From Tissierellaceae bacterium (GTDB taxonomy: Bacteria > Bacillota > Clostridia > Tissierellales > Tissierellaceae): DNA of 64,000 bases. The notes below the pieces were generated by a model that was not told the origin of the DNA, did not search any database, and was given only the letters and a program-made list of their open reading frames with translations. Made by a program: the position numbers and the translations under genes. The stretch covers positions 118,197 through 182,196 of the forward strand of contig JAVKTT010000004.1 in assembly GCA_031460505.1 (NCBI GenBank), given 5' to 3'. Of the stretch, positions 1 to 9,739 are shown piece by piece (position 1 is the stretch's first letter; each line of letters begins with the position of its first letter).

Positions 1-1992
1 ATTATTGTTTTCATTATAATATTCGTTGGTCATCTCTATAAATTTATAAATATTAGCTACTATCTGATTTCCTTCTGTTTTAAGTAGGGAAGTCTCTACA
101 AATAGTGTCTTCTCTATTAATAGGTTTAAGATTTCTGATACACTATAAAGATTTTTAACCTTATATAAATATCCCAGTATCTCTGCTGCTTCATCTAGTT
201 TTTCCTTTTCTTCATCTGGAAATATTGGATTTTCTTTTACTTTTAATATTGTATTATAAAGATTTTTATCCAAATATTTAAGTAGCCAATAAATTGTAGT
301 ATCCTTGAGACCTATCATTGGTCCTCTTAAAAATCCTATAGCTGCTATATTGTCATAGGGATTACTTATGGTTTTTAGACCATTGATAATGTCTAGTATC
401 TCTTGTCTATTAAAGAATCTTTTACTGCTAGAATTATAGTATGGAATATTATAATCTTTAAAAGCTTCTTCATATATATGGTTTCTAGTGCTTGATCTAA
501 AAAGTAAGGCTATGTCCTTATATTGATATCTTCCTTCTTGAACCAGAGTCTTTATCCTTTTCGCTATAGCTTGAGCTTCATAAACACTACACTCTTCTGA
601 ACTTCTATTTTCATCATCCTGAAGTATTTCAATATCTATATCATTTTTTGACTCTTTATTAAATAGTAGCTCATCATATTTGTCTTTCATTATCTTTGAA
701 AACACATCATTTACAAAGGTAAGTATTGTATTGTAACTTCTATAGTTATCCTTTAATGTAATAGCCTCACCTTTATTATCCTTAGTGATATCTTTTATTA
801 CATTATAGAAAACATCTATATCCGCTCCTCTGAAGCCATATATGGATTGTTTCGGATCGCCTACTATAAATAGGTTATGTCTATCTAGTGGTTCTTTAAC
901 AGTGGCTAGTTTATAGAATATCTTTTTTTGTAATTCATTTGTGTCTTGGAATTCATCTATCATAAAATACCTATATTTGTTTTGATATTTCTCTAGAATT
1001 TCTTGATTATCTAAAAGCTCTAGTACCATATTCTGTAAATCATCATAGTCCAATCCACCTACTTCCCTTTTCTTTAAAATATAGGTGTTGTCTATTTCTA
1101 TTAATATATCTGCGAGAGTTTCATAAACCCATAAATACTCTTTTTCCTTTGAAAGGAGAATTGTATCCAATAGATAATTTACTCTATCTATGGTTTCTTC
1201 TTCATTTTTCATGGTGCCTAGATTATCTTTAATAAATTGGACATGGTTATATATATCATCTTCACTAAAGTTACCCTTTACAAAATCCAACCATATTTGA
1301 TTTTCTTGGATTTTATATAGTTTAGAGTTCTTCCTTGATTTTCCTATTAGATACTTTATAAGGTCCTTGATTTCATCAAGGTACTCCAGTTTTACCTCTA
1401 ATGAATCTAAATACTCTACTGTATCCTGTTTTACCTGATTAAATGATATACCTACTGTTTGTACACTACTGTAGAGAGATTGAATATCGCTAGCAATGTT
1501 TTCTATTCTGTTTTGATTAAGTAGTGTCATCATCTTAAATGTATTTTCATCATTTTCAAGCCTAATATTCAATACATTATGAATTGATTCGGCTAGTAGC
1601 TGTGAGCTTACTACATCATCTAGAACTTCGAAGTATGGGTCAACTTTGGCTTCCATCGGATTCTCTCTTAATATCTTTGCACAAAATCCATGGATTGTTG
1701 AAATATTAGCCATTTCTAAATCCCTGTAAAATCTTCTCCATTCATTTCCTTTTGGGATATTATTTTTAATCTCCTGCCGAATTCTCTCCACCATCTCTTG
1801 AGTAGCTTTATTAGTAAAGGTTATGGCAACAATGGATTCTATCTCTTTGTATTCTTCAAGATCACCGTGTTCTAAGAGATAGATGTACCTTTCTGTTAAA
1901 ACTTTAGTCTTACCAGTACCAGCCCCTGCAGTTACTGCTAGATTTCTATCTATGGTCTGTACTGCTTTCAATTGTGATTGATTTAGTTCCAT
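1..1992 (-). CDS. addA: ATP-dependent helicase/nuclease subunit A (AddA), N-terminal ~664 aa; 3' end lies beyond the window start
   Basis: Not in the ORF track because there is no stop inside the window. My reverse-complement translation from the ATG at 1992-1990 gives MELNQSQLKAVQTIDRNLAVTAGAGTGKTKVLTERYIYLLEHGD, with a UvrD/PcrA-type Walker A. The same frame at 821-866 reads FIVGDPKQSIYGFRGAD (helicase motif III). The ATG overlaps the addB stop by 1 nt. Confidence 0.85.
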   Translation of the reverse strand, partial: MELNQSQLKAVQTIDRNLAVTAGAGTGKTKVLTERYIYLLEHGDLEEYKEIESIVAITFTNKATQEMVERIRQEIKNNIPKGNEWRRFYRDLEMANISTIHGFCAKILRENPMEAKVDPYFEVLDDVVSSQLLAESIHNVLNIRLENDENTFKMMTLLNQNRIENIASDIQSLYSSVQTVGISFNQVKQDTVEYLDSLEVKLEYLDEIKDLIKYLIGKSRKNSKLYKIQENQIWLDFVKGNFSEDDIYNHVQFIKDNLGTMKNEEETIDRVNYLLDTILLSKEKEYLWVYETLADILIEIDNTYILKKREVGGLDYDDLQNMVLELLDNQEILEKYQNKYRYFMIDEFQDTNELQKKIFYKLATVKEPLDRHNLFIVGDPKQSIYGFRGADIDVFYNVIKDITKDNKGEAITLKDNYRSYNTILTFVNDVFSKIMKDKYDELLFNKESKNDIDIEILQDDENRSSEECSVYEAQAIAKRIKTLVQEGRYQYKDIALLFRSSTRNHIYEEAFKDYNIPYYNSSSKRFFNRQEILDIINGLKTISNPYDNIAAIGFLRGPMIGLKDTTIYWLLKYLDKNLYNTILKVKENPIFPDEEKEKLDEAAEILGYLYKVKNLYSVSEILNLLIEKTLFVETSLLKTEGNQIVANIYKFIEMTNEYYNENNN

Positions 1993-4900
1993 TATTCCAC
2001 CTCCACTCTATCTTCATATCTACAGATATCTTTGTATATGCAATAGGTTGAACATTCTAGTGGGTTTACTTGAAAATTCCCCTGTTCAATTGCTGATATG
2101 ATTTTATATATATTTTCTTTAGTCGTATCCATTAGCTCATCCCATTCTTCTTGGGATAAATAAGCTTTGCCTCTTCCTTTAATAAAGGTATCCAGTGCCA
2201 AACTTATCTTAGTTTCTCCATTACTAATTGTGCTGTAAGCCCCAGCAATAACATCTTTATCCTCTTGGGATAATATATATACTGGTAATTGTAAGGACAA
2301 TCCTAATTTTATATGATCCACATCTCTTAGACCATAAGCTGAGCTTTTATAATCTATTGCCATATACTTATCTTCGTCTAAAAATTTATCTATTCTATCT
2401 ATCCTTCCAAACATTGGGACTTCTTCATTATTTGACTCAATAATAAATGGTTCACTATATCCAAAATCTATTTCAAAGCCATAAGGAATCATCTTATCTT
2501 TGATTATCCTAGAAGTATCCTTTTCAAGGAAATTGGTAAGCTTCTTGAAAAATATTTCTATGATGAGAATATCCTTATTTGAATCAGTCTTAAGACCCAT
2601 TTCTTCAGCACTTTTATAAACTAAATCCTTAATTGTATCCTTTGTACTTGGGAATAAAAACTCTCCTATTCCCCTTATTTTATCTTCTATATCTTTTAAA
2701 TAAATCTTGTAATATTTATTTAAAACATCATGATACAAGATCCCAACATCAATTGGGCTATACTCTTCATATTCTCTTTCCATCTCCTCTATTTTAAAGA
2801 GATTGTTCATCATAAAGAAGTATGGGCATTTACTATAAGATTCTAAATAGGATACGCTGAATTTATTTTGTCTATTTGACTTTATATCACTGATGATTGC
2901 CTCGTTACTTAAAATCCCACTATATTCATCATATATATCTTGGTATCGATTCACTTCAGAAATTATTTTATTATTTATACTATTTAGTTTCCCAGGAAAT
3001 AATTTATTGAATTGTCTGAATATATTAGGATCTGAGATCTTGTCTTTAGCATATGAATCAAGTAAATACTTAGCTAAATCATCATAGTTTGTTACATTAT
3101 CTATTGATTTCTTAACTAGGTAATCAAGATTAACCTTTATCTCATTGATATTAGGCCTATTGTCATCATCTTTTTTAAACAAAGATAATAATTCATCTAA
3201 AAACATAGATTTTATAGTTGAGTCATCATATCCAGTACTATAGCTTAAATAAAGTTTATTTTTACATGATGAAACCATTGATGCGAATTTTAAGCTCTCA
3301 TTATTTAGCCTTTCAGTGTAGTTTTTTACATCTAATCCTATAGCCTTTAAATCCTTTAGATTGTAATCATTTATAAAATAATTACTATTATCTATGGATG
3401 GATAGCTGCCTTGGGCTAGTCCAGTTATGAAGGTTATATCTTTAACTGATCCTCTACTATTGATAGGGTTTAATATATGGACACCCTTAATATTACCTTG
3501 AACTTCTATTACTGTTTCTTCTTCAAGATAATCAATTAACAGATAGTAGTAATCCTCCAGTAAAATCTCACTTTTGAATATATTTAATAATTCCATCTTA
3601 TTTATAGCTTCTTCTATCTTATTTACAGTTCTTAAATCCCTTAGGAATAATTGCTCATCATTGGTTTCTCTATAACGAGTAAGGATATTATCCTGTATTT
3701 TATAAAATTTAAAAATGGATTTCACAATTTTATTGAAATTGATAATTGTATCTTCAAGTGGTATCTCATTAAATTCTACTTCTATAGATTGAACGATATC
3801 CTTTAGATGCTCCATCTCTTCTACGCTGATATTTAGCTTGTGATTAGAATTAAATATATCTTTTAAATCATCTATATTTTGGAAGTTTAATTTTCTTAAT
3901 AATATTTCATATATATCCTTAAGATTTTCTGGACATATAGTAAAATAGCTAGACTTTATTCTATTGATTAAGGTTAATTTTGAAAAGTTTACCATCCTAT
4001 TTTCTAATATATTCAATAACTCCCTAGTAATAGGCATGGTTTTTAAAGGGACAGCTTTACTTGTACTAAGGGGTATCCCTTCCATAGTTGATATTCTATG
4101 AAGTGGTACTTGATAACTTGGGTTTGTAATAATAATGCCTATATCATTTAGGTCAGTACCATCTTTATGGAATCTCTTTATCTCTTCAAATATCTTTCTT
4201 AATTCTAAATATGGAGTTGCTGCACTAATAATATTTATGTCTGAACTAGATTCAAATAACTCTTCTTCATTTGTAAAAAGATTAGTAGCTAAGTTTTCAA
4301 ATGTATTAGCTGAAGAATCTTCTATATTCTTAATTGTAAATCCTAAATCTTTAAGTAAGTCTATTGTGTTTTCTAATATAGCTGATTTGCTCTTACTTTG
4401 AAATGGCATATTGATAACTATATCTATATCACTTTTGATTAACTGCTCCAATATAGCCATTTCTATTGGCCTAAAATCATAAAATTCATCTATGATTATG
4501 GTTTTTACATCCTGTAGGAAATTCTTGGTTTTAAGCAAATCTACTGATTTAAAATACGAGCCTTCTCTATCTGAAATAATAAGTTCACTCAGCATTTCTT
4601 CGTATTTTGTATATATTAGTCCCATTTCTTGATAAAATGGTTTTTTAGGACATCTTTCAAGATATTCATCTGGATAGATAAGAGATCTTTTTATATCTCC
4701 AATAATATCGTTTATTGAATGGATGAATCCTGGCATATCCACAAAATCCTTATAATATTTTAGAACTCCTTCTTCAGAAAGATTTTTTAGTACTTCTCTT
4801 AATATTAAATTTTTTGTTGGATTATCTATAATATTAGTAAGATCATCTTCCAACACCTTATTTACAATATCATCAAAGGTGAAGAGATTTATTTCAAAGG

Positions 4901-5075
4901 CTTGCTCTACACTATCTATAAAGTGTTTTCTATACTGTCTTAAAAGTTCTCCGTTTGGAAGAATATAGTAAAAATCATTACCCTTATGATCTTTTAGAGT
5001 ATCTATAGCAAAATTAATTAATTCTTGTTTCTTCTTATTGTTAAAACTTCCTAGATATACAATTCTCTTTGCCAT
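1992..5075 (-). CDS. addB: ATP-dependent helicase/deoxyribonuclease subunit B (AddB/RexB)
   Basis: 1027 aa, lying directly upstream of and overlapping addA. The C-terminal RecB-type nuclease region has a Cys cluster (KCPYFF ... CSTYCIYKDIC) typical of the AddB Fe-S domain. SD AAGGTAGGTGG precedes the ATG. Confidence 0.9.
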   Translation of the reverse strand: MAKRIVYLGSFNNKKKQELINFAIDTLKDHKGNDFYYILPNGELLRQYRKHFIDSVEQAFEINLFTFDDIVNKVLEDDLTNIIDNPTKNLILREVLKNLSEEGVLKYYKDFVDMPGFIHSINDIIGDIKRSLIYPDEYLERCPKKPFYQEMGLIYTKYEEMLSELIISDREGSYFKSVDLLKTKNFLQDVKTIIIDEFYDFRPIEMAILEQLIKSDIDIVINMPFQSKSKSAILENTIDLLKDLGFTIKNIEDSSANTFENLATNLFTNEEELFESSSDINIISAATPYLELRKIFEEIKRFHKDGTDLNDIGIIITNPSYQVPLHRISTMEGIPLSTSKAVPLKTMPITRELLNILENRMVNFSKLTLINRIKSSYFTICPENLKDIYEILLRKLNFQNIDDLKDIFNSNHKLNISVEEMEHLKDIVQSIEVEFNEIPLEDTIINFNKIVKSIFKFYKIQDNILTRYRETNDEQLFLRDLRTVNKIEEAINKMELLNIFKSEILLEDYYYLLIDYLEEETVIEVQGNIKGVHILNPINSRGSVKDITFITGLAQGSYPSIDNSNYFINDYNLKDLKAIGLDVKNYTERLNNESLKFASMVSSCKNKLYLSYSTGYDDSTIKSMFLDELLSLFKKDDDNRPNINEIKVNLDYLVKKSIDNVTNYDDLAKYLLDSYAKDKISDPNIFRQFNKLFPGKLNSINNKIISEVNRYQDIYDEYSGILSNEAIISDIKSNRQNKFSVSYLESYSKCPYFFMMNNLFKIEEMEREYEEYSPIDVGILYHDVLNKYYKIYLKDIEDKIRGIGEFLFPSTKDTIKDLVYKSAEEMGLKTDSNKDILIIEIFFKKLTNFLEKDTSRIIKDKMIPYGFEIDFGYSEPFIIESNNEEVPMFGRIDRIDKFLDEDKYMAIDYKSSAYGLRDVDHIKLGLSLQLPVYILSQEDKDVIAGAYSTISNGETKISLALDTFIKGRGKAYLSQEEWDELMDTTKENIYKIISAIEQGNFQVNPLECSTYCIYKDICRYEDRVEVE

Positions 5076-5083
5076 TAAGCCAC

Positions 5084-5983
5084 CTACCTTAATCTATCAA
5101 ATACTATTTTGCCTGCTCCTATCATACCTGCATCATTTAGAAATTCAGCAGGTACGATATCCATACCTTCCGAATCATTAGAGTAGTTTTTAAAGGATTC
5201 AATCATTAGATCCCACCAGTACTCTTTTGAATTGATTACCCCTCCACCTATAACTATAGCTTGGGGGTCAAATATATTCTTAAGAGTTGTAATATATATG
5301 GCTAGATTGTGACTGAATTCATGTACAACCTCATTTGCTATTTTATCTTCAGATATACTTTTAAATATATCCTTGCCTTTTTTTCTGGTGCCAGATCTCT
5401 CTTCATAGATATTCTCAACAGCATGTCCTGATATATATTGCTCTACGCACCCTTTTTGACCGCATGTGCATAGTCTACCATTAGGGTAAAATATAGCATG
5501 TCCTAGTTCTGCACCACGATAACTATATCCTGTTAACATGCCATAGTTATCTATTTTAATTGCTCCGCCTAGACCTGAGCCTAAGGTTATCATAACAAAA
5601 TTATTATAATTCTTTGCTGCACCTTTCCAATCTTCGCATATAGCAGCAACATTGGCATCATTTTCTACATAAATAGGCATATGAGGGAAATCTTTCTTAA
5701 GTTCGTCTTTGATATTTGTCCAAGCCCAACCCTTTATATTACCTCCCACTTTTAGAACACGACCTTCCGCTGAATTAATAAATCCTGGGGACCCAATGCC
5801 AATACCTATTACATCCTCTTCCATAAGAGTATCTATTACTTCACTGATTCTTTGTAGCACCTCATGTCTGCCATTTGCAGTACGTGAATCTTTTTCCGTT
5901 CTTTTCAAAATGTTCCCCTCTTCATCAATTAAGCCACCGTTTATACTTGTCCCACCTAAATCAATCCCAATTACCTTTTTCAT
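5084..5983 (-). CDS. ROK family glucokinase/sugar kinase
   Basis: GIDLGGTSINGGLID N-terminal ATPase motif and the ROK zinc motif CTCGQKGCVEQYISG. I start at the internal ATG (MKKVIGIDLGG), which is preceded by GGAGGT, rather than at the track start 5995. Confidence 0.8.
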   Translation of the reverse strand: MKKVIGIDLGGTSINGGLIDEEGNILKRTEKDSRTANGRHEVLQRISEVIDTLMEEDVIGIGIGSPGFINSAEGRVLKVGGNIKGWAWTNIKDELKKDFPHMPIYVENDANVAAICEDWKGAAKNYNNFVMITLGSGLGGAIKIDNYGMLTGYSYRGAELGHAIFYPNGRLCTCGQKGCVEQYISGHAVENIYEERSGTRKKGKDIFKSISEDKIANEVVHEFSHNLAIYITTLKNIFDPQAIVIGGGVINSKEYWWDLMIESFKNYSNDSEGMDIVPAEFLNDAGMIGAGKIVFDRLR

Positions 5984-6000
5984 CTTTACCTCCATATTAA

Positions 6001-7224
6001 TTATAAATTATTTATGATTTCTTCTGCTTTTAAGTTTAGATCTCCAATATCTATGCCTATATTCTCTTCAATTAAATATCTGTTCTTTAATTCAAGTATT
6101 CTATATACCTTCTTATTTATTTCATCCTCTGTTAATTCGCCAGTTTCAATACTTTCCAAAATTTTATCAATTACAAGTCTTGGATTCTCTACACCATGAC
6201 ATACTAATAAAATATCTCCTCCAGCCTTTAAGAAATCAATACTTGCTTCTTCTAGAGTATAGTTGTTTACAATGGCTCCCATAGTCATGTCATCTGAAAT
6301 AATTACGCCATCATATCCCATTTCATCTCTTAATAAATCACCTAAGATTTTTTGAGATAATGTGGCTGGATATTTTTCATCAATAGATGGAACTAAGATA
6401 TGGGCACTCATTATCATTTCAATATCTTCTTCTATTGCAGCTTTAAAAGGCTTAAGTTCAAAACCCTTTAATTCATCTACATTTTTCTCTATTACAGGCA
6501 GTTCTATGTGAGAATCTGTCGAAGTATCGCCATGTCCTGGGAAATGTTTGATGCTTGGGATAACAGATGTGCTTCTTATTCCACTGGCAACCTGCAATCC
6601 CATTTCTGAAACTATTTCTGGTGTAGTACCAAAGGCCCTCTTACCAATTACTGGATTATTAGGGTTAGAGTTGATATCCATTACGGGTGCAAAGTTTAGA
6701 TTAAGACCTAGACTTTTTACCCTATTCCCTAGTAGTTCTCCATATTCAAAAGCTAAATCAGTATCATTTGTATTACCTATATCAATTGAATCAGGAAGCT
6801 TTTTGTACTCTTGGGGCATACGACTTACCTTGCCACCCTCTTCGTCTATGGCTAGAAATAGTGGAATATTGTTGCTGCTCCCTTTTATTTCTTCAACTAG
6901 AGTATTTACTTGATCTTTAGATTTAATATTTCTACTAAAAAATATGAGTCCACCTACTCCTAAATCTTCAATATATGCTCCTGTAATGTCACTTAATTCT
7001 GTGCCTTCGAATCCTACTATTAGAAGTTGTCCTACCTTCTCTTCTAATGTCATATTATCTATTTGCTCTTGGATCTTATCTATCTCCTCTGGTTCACCTA
7101 TAGGAGGTACATCTCCTGAATCTGGGTTAGGTTCAACTGGTAGAGTATGATTTTGTGGCGTGCACCCTATTATGATAAATGAGAATAGGATGGTATATAT
7201 TATTAATTTAAATAATTTCTTCAT
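6001..7224 (-). CDS. Glycoside hydrolase family 3 beta-N-acetylhexosaminidase-like lipoprotein
   Basis: Signal peptide with lipobox (FIIIGC). GH3 motifs KHFPGHGDTSTDSH and GVIISDDMTMGA. Confidence 0.75.
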   Translation of the reverse strand: MKKLFKLIIYTILFSFIIIGCTPQNHTLPVEPNPDSGDVPPIGEPEEIDKIQEQIDNMTLEEKVGQLLIVGFEGTELSDITGAYIEDLGVGGLIFFSRNIKSKDQVNTLVEEIKGSSNNIPLFLAIDEEGGKVSRMPQEYKKLPDSIDIGNTNDTDLAFEYGELLGNRVKSLGLNLNFAPVMDINSNPNNPVIGKRAFGTTPEIVSEMGLQVASGIRSTSVIPSIKHFPGHGDTSTDSHIELPVIEKNVDELKGFELKPFKAAIEEDIEMIMSAHILVPSIDEKYPATLSQKILGDLLRDEMGYDGVIISDDMTMGAIVNNYTLEEASIDFLKAGGDILLVCHGVENPRLVIDKILESIETGELTEDEINKKVYRILELKNRYLIEENIGIDIGDLNLKAEEIINNL

Positions 7225-7374
7225 AAGTTCTCCTTACCTTTCCTTATCTTGATTTTATAATATATTATGCCTTTTTACAACTTAGTTAAACTACTCAATA
7301 AAAAATAACAGAAGTTTAATTTTATATGATATACTGTTCTTTATAATTAAACGAAAATGATTGGAGGCTTTCTT

Positions 7375-8568
7375 ATGTTATCAAAAAAAATATCAGACAA
7401 ATTAGGAAATTCATCCTGGATTCGTGCAATGTTCGAACAGGGTATAAAACTCCGCAAAATATATGGAGACGACAAGGTTTATGATTTTTCGCTTGGCAAT
7501 CCTGATCCACAACCGCCTATTGAGACAAAAGAAGCTTTGAGGAAACTGGTAATAGATGATTCACCAGAATTACATAAGTACATGAGTAATGCTGGATTCC
7601 TAGATGTGAGGGAGAAAGTTGCTTTCCATATAAATAAAGAAACTGGACTTGACCTTACAGCAGAAAATATAATTATGACTGTTGGAGCGGCAGGAGCAAT
7701 CAATGTTATTCTTAAAGCAATCCTAGAACAAGATGATGAGGTTATTGCATTATCACCATACTTTGTGGATTACGGCTCTTACGTTGACAATCATGGTGGT
7801 AAGCTTGTACTATCGCCTTGCACCAAGCCGGATTTCCAACCTGATCTTTTAGATCTTGAAAAAAGAATAACTCCAAAAACTAAAGCAATAATAATAAATT
7901 CGCCTAATAATCCTACAGGAGTTATTTACAAAGAAGAAGTTCTAAAAAACATGGCAAAACTTTTAGAAGACAAAGAGAAAGAACTAGGAACAGAGATACT
8001 TGTAATTTCTGACGAACCATATGTAAAGCTTGTTTATGATGGTGTAAAAGTCCCTAGTATTCTTAATATTTTCAAGAACTCTGCAATTGTGTACTCCTAT
8101 AGTAAATCACTGGCGATACCAGGGGAAAGAATTGGCTACATTGCAGTAAACCCAGCAATCAAAGATGCAAGCAGACTAGTGGCAGGTTTAGTATTTGCCA
8201 ACAGAGTCCTTGGTTTTGTAAATGCACCGGGCCTATTTCAGAAGCTCATAGCTGAATCATTAGATCATACAGTTGACCCAAAGATATATCAGGAAAGAAG
8301 AGACAAGCTTTTTGATATACTTACAAGCCTTGGATTTGAATGTATTAAACCTGAAGGTACTTTCTACTTGTTCCCTAAAGCATTGATTGAAGATGATATT
8401 GCATTTGTGAAACATGCTCTAAAATATAATCTACTGTTTGTTCCAGGTTCTGGATTTGGATGCCCAGGATACTTTAGAATTTCATACTGTGTAGATATGA
8501 AGACTATAGAAAACTCAATTCCTGCTTTTGAAGCTCTAGCTAATGATTTTAAGAATATGGAAACTTAA
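7375..8568 (+). CDS. Class I/II pyridoxal-phosphate-dependent aminotransferase (aspartate/aromatic type)
   Basis: NPxNPTG-like motif (NSPNNPTGV) and PLP-lysine context YSYSKSLAIPGERIGY. Start moved to the ATG at 7375, which follows GGAGGC. Confidence 0.8.
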   Translation: MLSKKISDKLGNSSWIRAMFEQGIKLRKIYGDDKVYDFSLGNPDPQPPIETKEALRKLVIDDSPELHKYMSNAGFLDVREKVAFHINKETGLDLTAENIIMTVGAAGAINVILKAILEQDDEVIALSPYFVDYGSYVDNHGGKLVLSPCTKPDFQPDLLDLEKRITPKTKAIIINSPNNPTGVIYKEEVLKNMAKLLEDKEKELGTEILVISDEPYVKLVYDGVKVPSILNIFKNSAIVYSYSKSLAIPGERIGYIAVNPAIKDASRLVAGLVFANRVLGFVNAPGLFQKLIAESLDHTVDPKIYQERRDKLFDILTSLGFECIKPEGTFYLFPKALIEDDIAFVKHALKYNLLFVPGSGFGCPGYFRISYCVDMKTIENSIPAFEALANDFKNMET

Positions 8569-8589
8569 ATCTATAAATTATTAATGTTA

Positions 8590-8630
8590 AAACACACTGT
8601 CCTTATTCCTTCAATGACAGTGTGTTTTAC
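8590..8630 (+). terminator. Rho-independent terminator after the aminotransferase gene
   Basis: Stem aaacacactgtc / gacagtgtgttt with a 14-nt loop, followed by a T-rich tail. Confidence 0.6.
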
Positions 8631-8673
8631 ATTTTGTGAACATGGGGCCTGATATTAGTTATGAAACAGACTT

Positions 8674-8710
8674 AAAAATAAAAAAGAGTTAATCATTATA
8701 AGATTAACTC
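8674..8710 (-). terminator. Rho-independent terminator after the coiled-coil protein gene
   Basis: On the minus strand: gagttaatc / gattaactc stem followed by TTTTTTATTTTT. Confidence 0.6.
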
Positions 8711-8725
8711 AAATTGCTACGTTTA

Positions 8726-9136
8726 TTATTTTATTCTTTTTAACATGGCTATATCTTTATAGTTGTTAGCAGTAACAATCTCCACAGTAGATAAATCATC
8801 TCTTAGTTCATCTATAGAGTTTTTCAATTCTAGATGCCTATTAGCATTTTTTGGTTCTAATTCTTCTAACAAAGTTTTTATTTCATTTTGCCCTATTTCT
8901 AATTTATCAAGGCGATCATTTATTGTGTCTAGGCTATCCTCTACTCCATTTAGCCTTTCCTCTACTCCGTTTAGTCTATTCTCTACTCCGTTTAGTCTAT
9001 TCTCTACTTTTTCAAGACGAGTATTTGTTTCGTTTTGTCCAATTTCCAATTTATCAAATCGATTATTAGTTTCTTTACTTAATGTCAGTATCTGATTTTG
9101 GATGTTTTCTAGTAATTCTCTTGTTTCTTTATCCAT
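8726..9136 (-). CDS. Small coiled-coil protein with heptad tandem repeats (NRLNGVE)
   Basis: 136 aa with SD AAAGGGGA. Central VENRLNGVENRLNGVEERLNGVEDSL is flanked by duplicated DKLEIGQNE segments. No family recognised. Confidence 0.6.
   Translation of the reverse strand: MDKETRELLENIQNQILTLSKETNNRFDKLEIGQNETNTRLEKVENRLNGVENRLNGVEERLNGVEDSLDTINDRLDKLEIGQNEIKTLLEELEPKNANRHLELKNSIDELRDDLSTVEIVTANNYKDIAMLKRIK
8938..9007 (-). repeat. About 3.3 tandem copies of a 21-bp unit inside the coiled-coil CDS
   Basis: Units at 8938-8958 (cctctactccatttagccttt), 8959-8979 (cctctactccgtttagtctat) and 8980-9000 (tctctactccgtttagtctat), with a partial fourth unit from 9001. Confidence 0.9.
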
Positions 9137-9228
9137 TTATCCATCCCCTTTGTTTTTATACAAATTAGCATTAAGTTATTAATATTTAGTATATCATATA
9201 CTGCTATATAGCACAAGTGTTCTTTGTG

Positions 9229-9705
9229 CTAATTATTAAATTTGTTATGTACTACATTCTCTATAAATTTTTCTGCTCGCTTAAAATCTCTATCATTAGG
9301 GTGACCTTGTGATAGTCTTCCTAATAGATCAAAGATTTTTATATCTGTAAATTCCTTTGCTATAAAGAAGCCTTTACAAGAGAAACTTCCCCTAACTATT
9401 GCTCCTTTAGACTCTAATAATTTAATCAAACTTTTATTATAAAACTTCATACCTACACCACTGGTTGAAAACACAAAAACATTTTTGTCACTTAAACTTA
9501 ATTTTTCAACTAATCTAAATACCTTTGGAGACAAGCTTTCCTTGTATACTCCTGAGCCAAATCCAATTAAATCGTAATCTTCTATGTTAAGATCATTAGC
9601 ATCTCTAATATTTATTAGCTCACAATCAATCTTACTACTAAATGTACACGCAATTTTTTCAGTGTTATTTTTATAATCAGAACAATAAACAATCAAGGTT
9701 TTCAT
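9229..9705 (-). CDS. Flavodoxin-like fold protein
   Basis: 158 aa. N-terminal MKTLIVYCS...NTEKIA and the later GFGSGVY/VFSTSG pattern resemble flavodoxin-domain proteins. Confidence 0.55.
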   Translation of the reverse strand: MKTLIVYCSDYKNNTEKIACTFSSKIDCELINIRDANDLNIEDYDLIGFGSGVYKESLSPKVFRLVEKLSLSDKNVFVFSTSGVGMKFYNKSLIKLLESKGAIVRGSFSCKGFFIAKEFTDIKIFDLLGRLSQGHPNDRDFKRAEKFIENVVHNKFNN

Positions 9706-9739
9706 AGAGTGATATCCTTTCTTAGTACTCTAAATTCTT

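Noticed and set aside
2893-4401. Plus-strand ORFs 2893-3087 and 4135-4401. The same class of antisense ORFs occurs throughout the track (for example 5709-6017, 6548-6913, 8763-9095, 10191-10472, 26746-27057, 38126-38464, 53401-53775, 60742-61080, 61492-61782).
   Set aside because: Each lies entirely inside, and antisense to, a longer ORF with clear family motifs. They have low-complexity Ser/Leu/Ile-rich translations typical of the reverse frame of AT-rich genes, and they lack an SD.
8938-9007. Tandem 21-bp repeats considered as a possible CRISPR or minisatellite.
   Set aside because: There are no spacers, since the units are directly adjacent. They lie inside an ORF in frame, encode a heptad repeat, and have no cas genes nearby.
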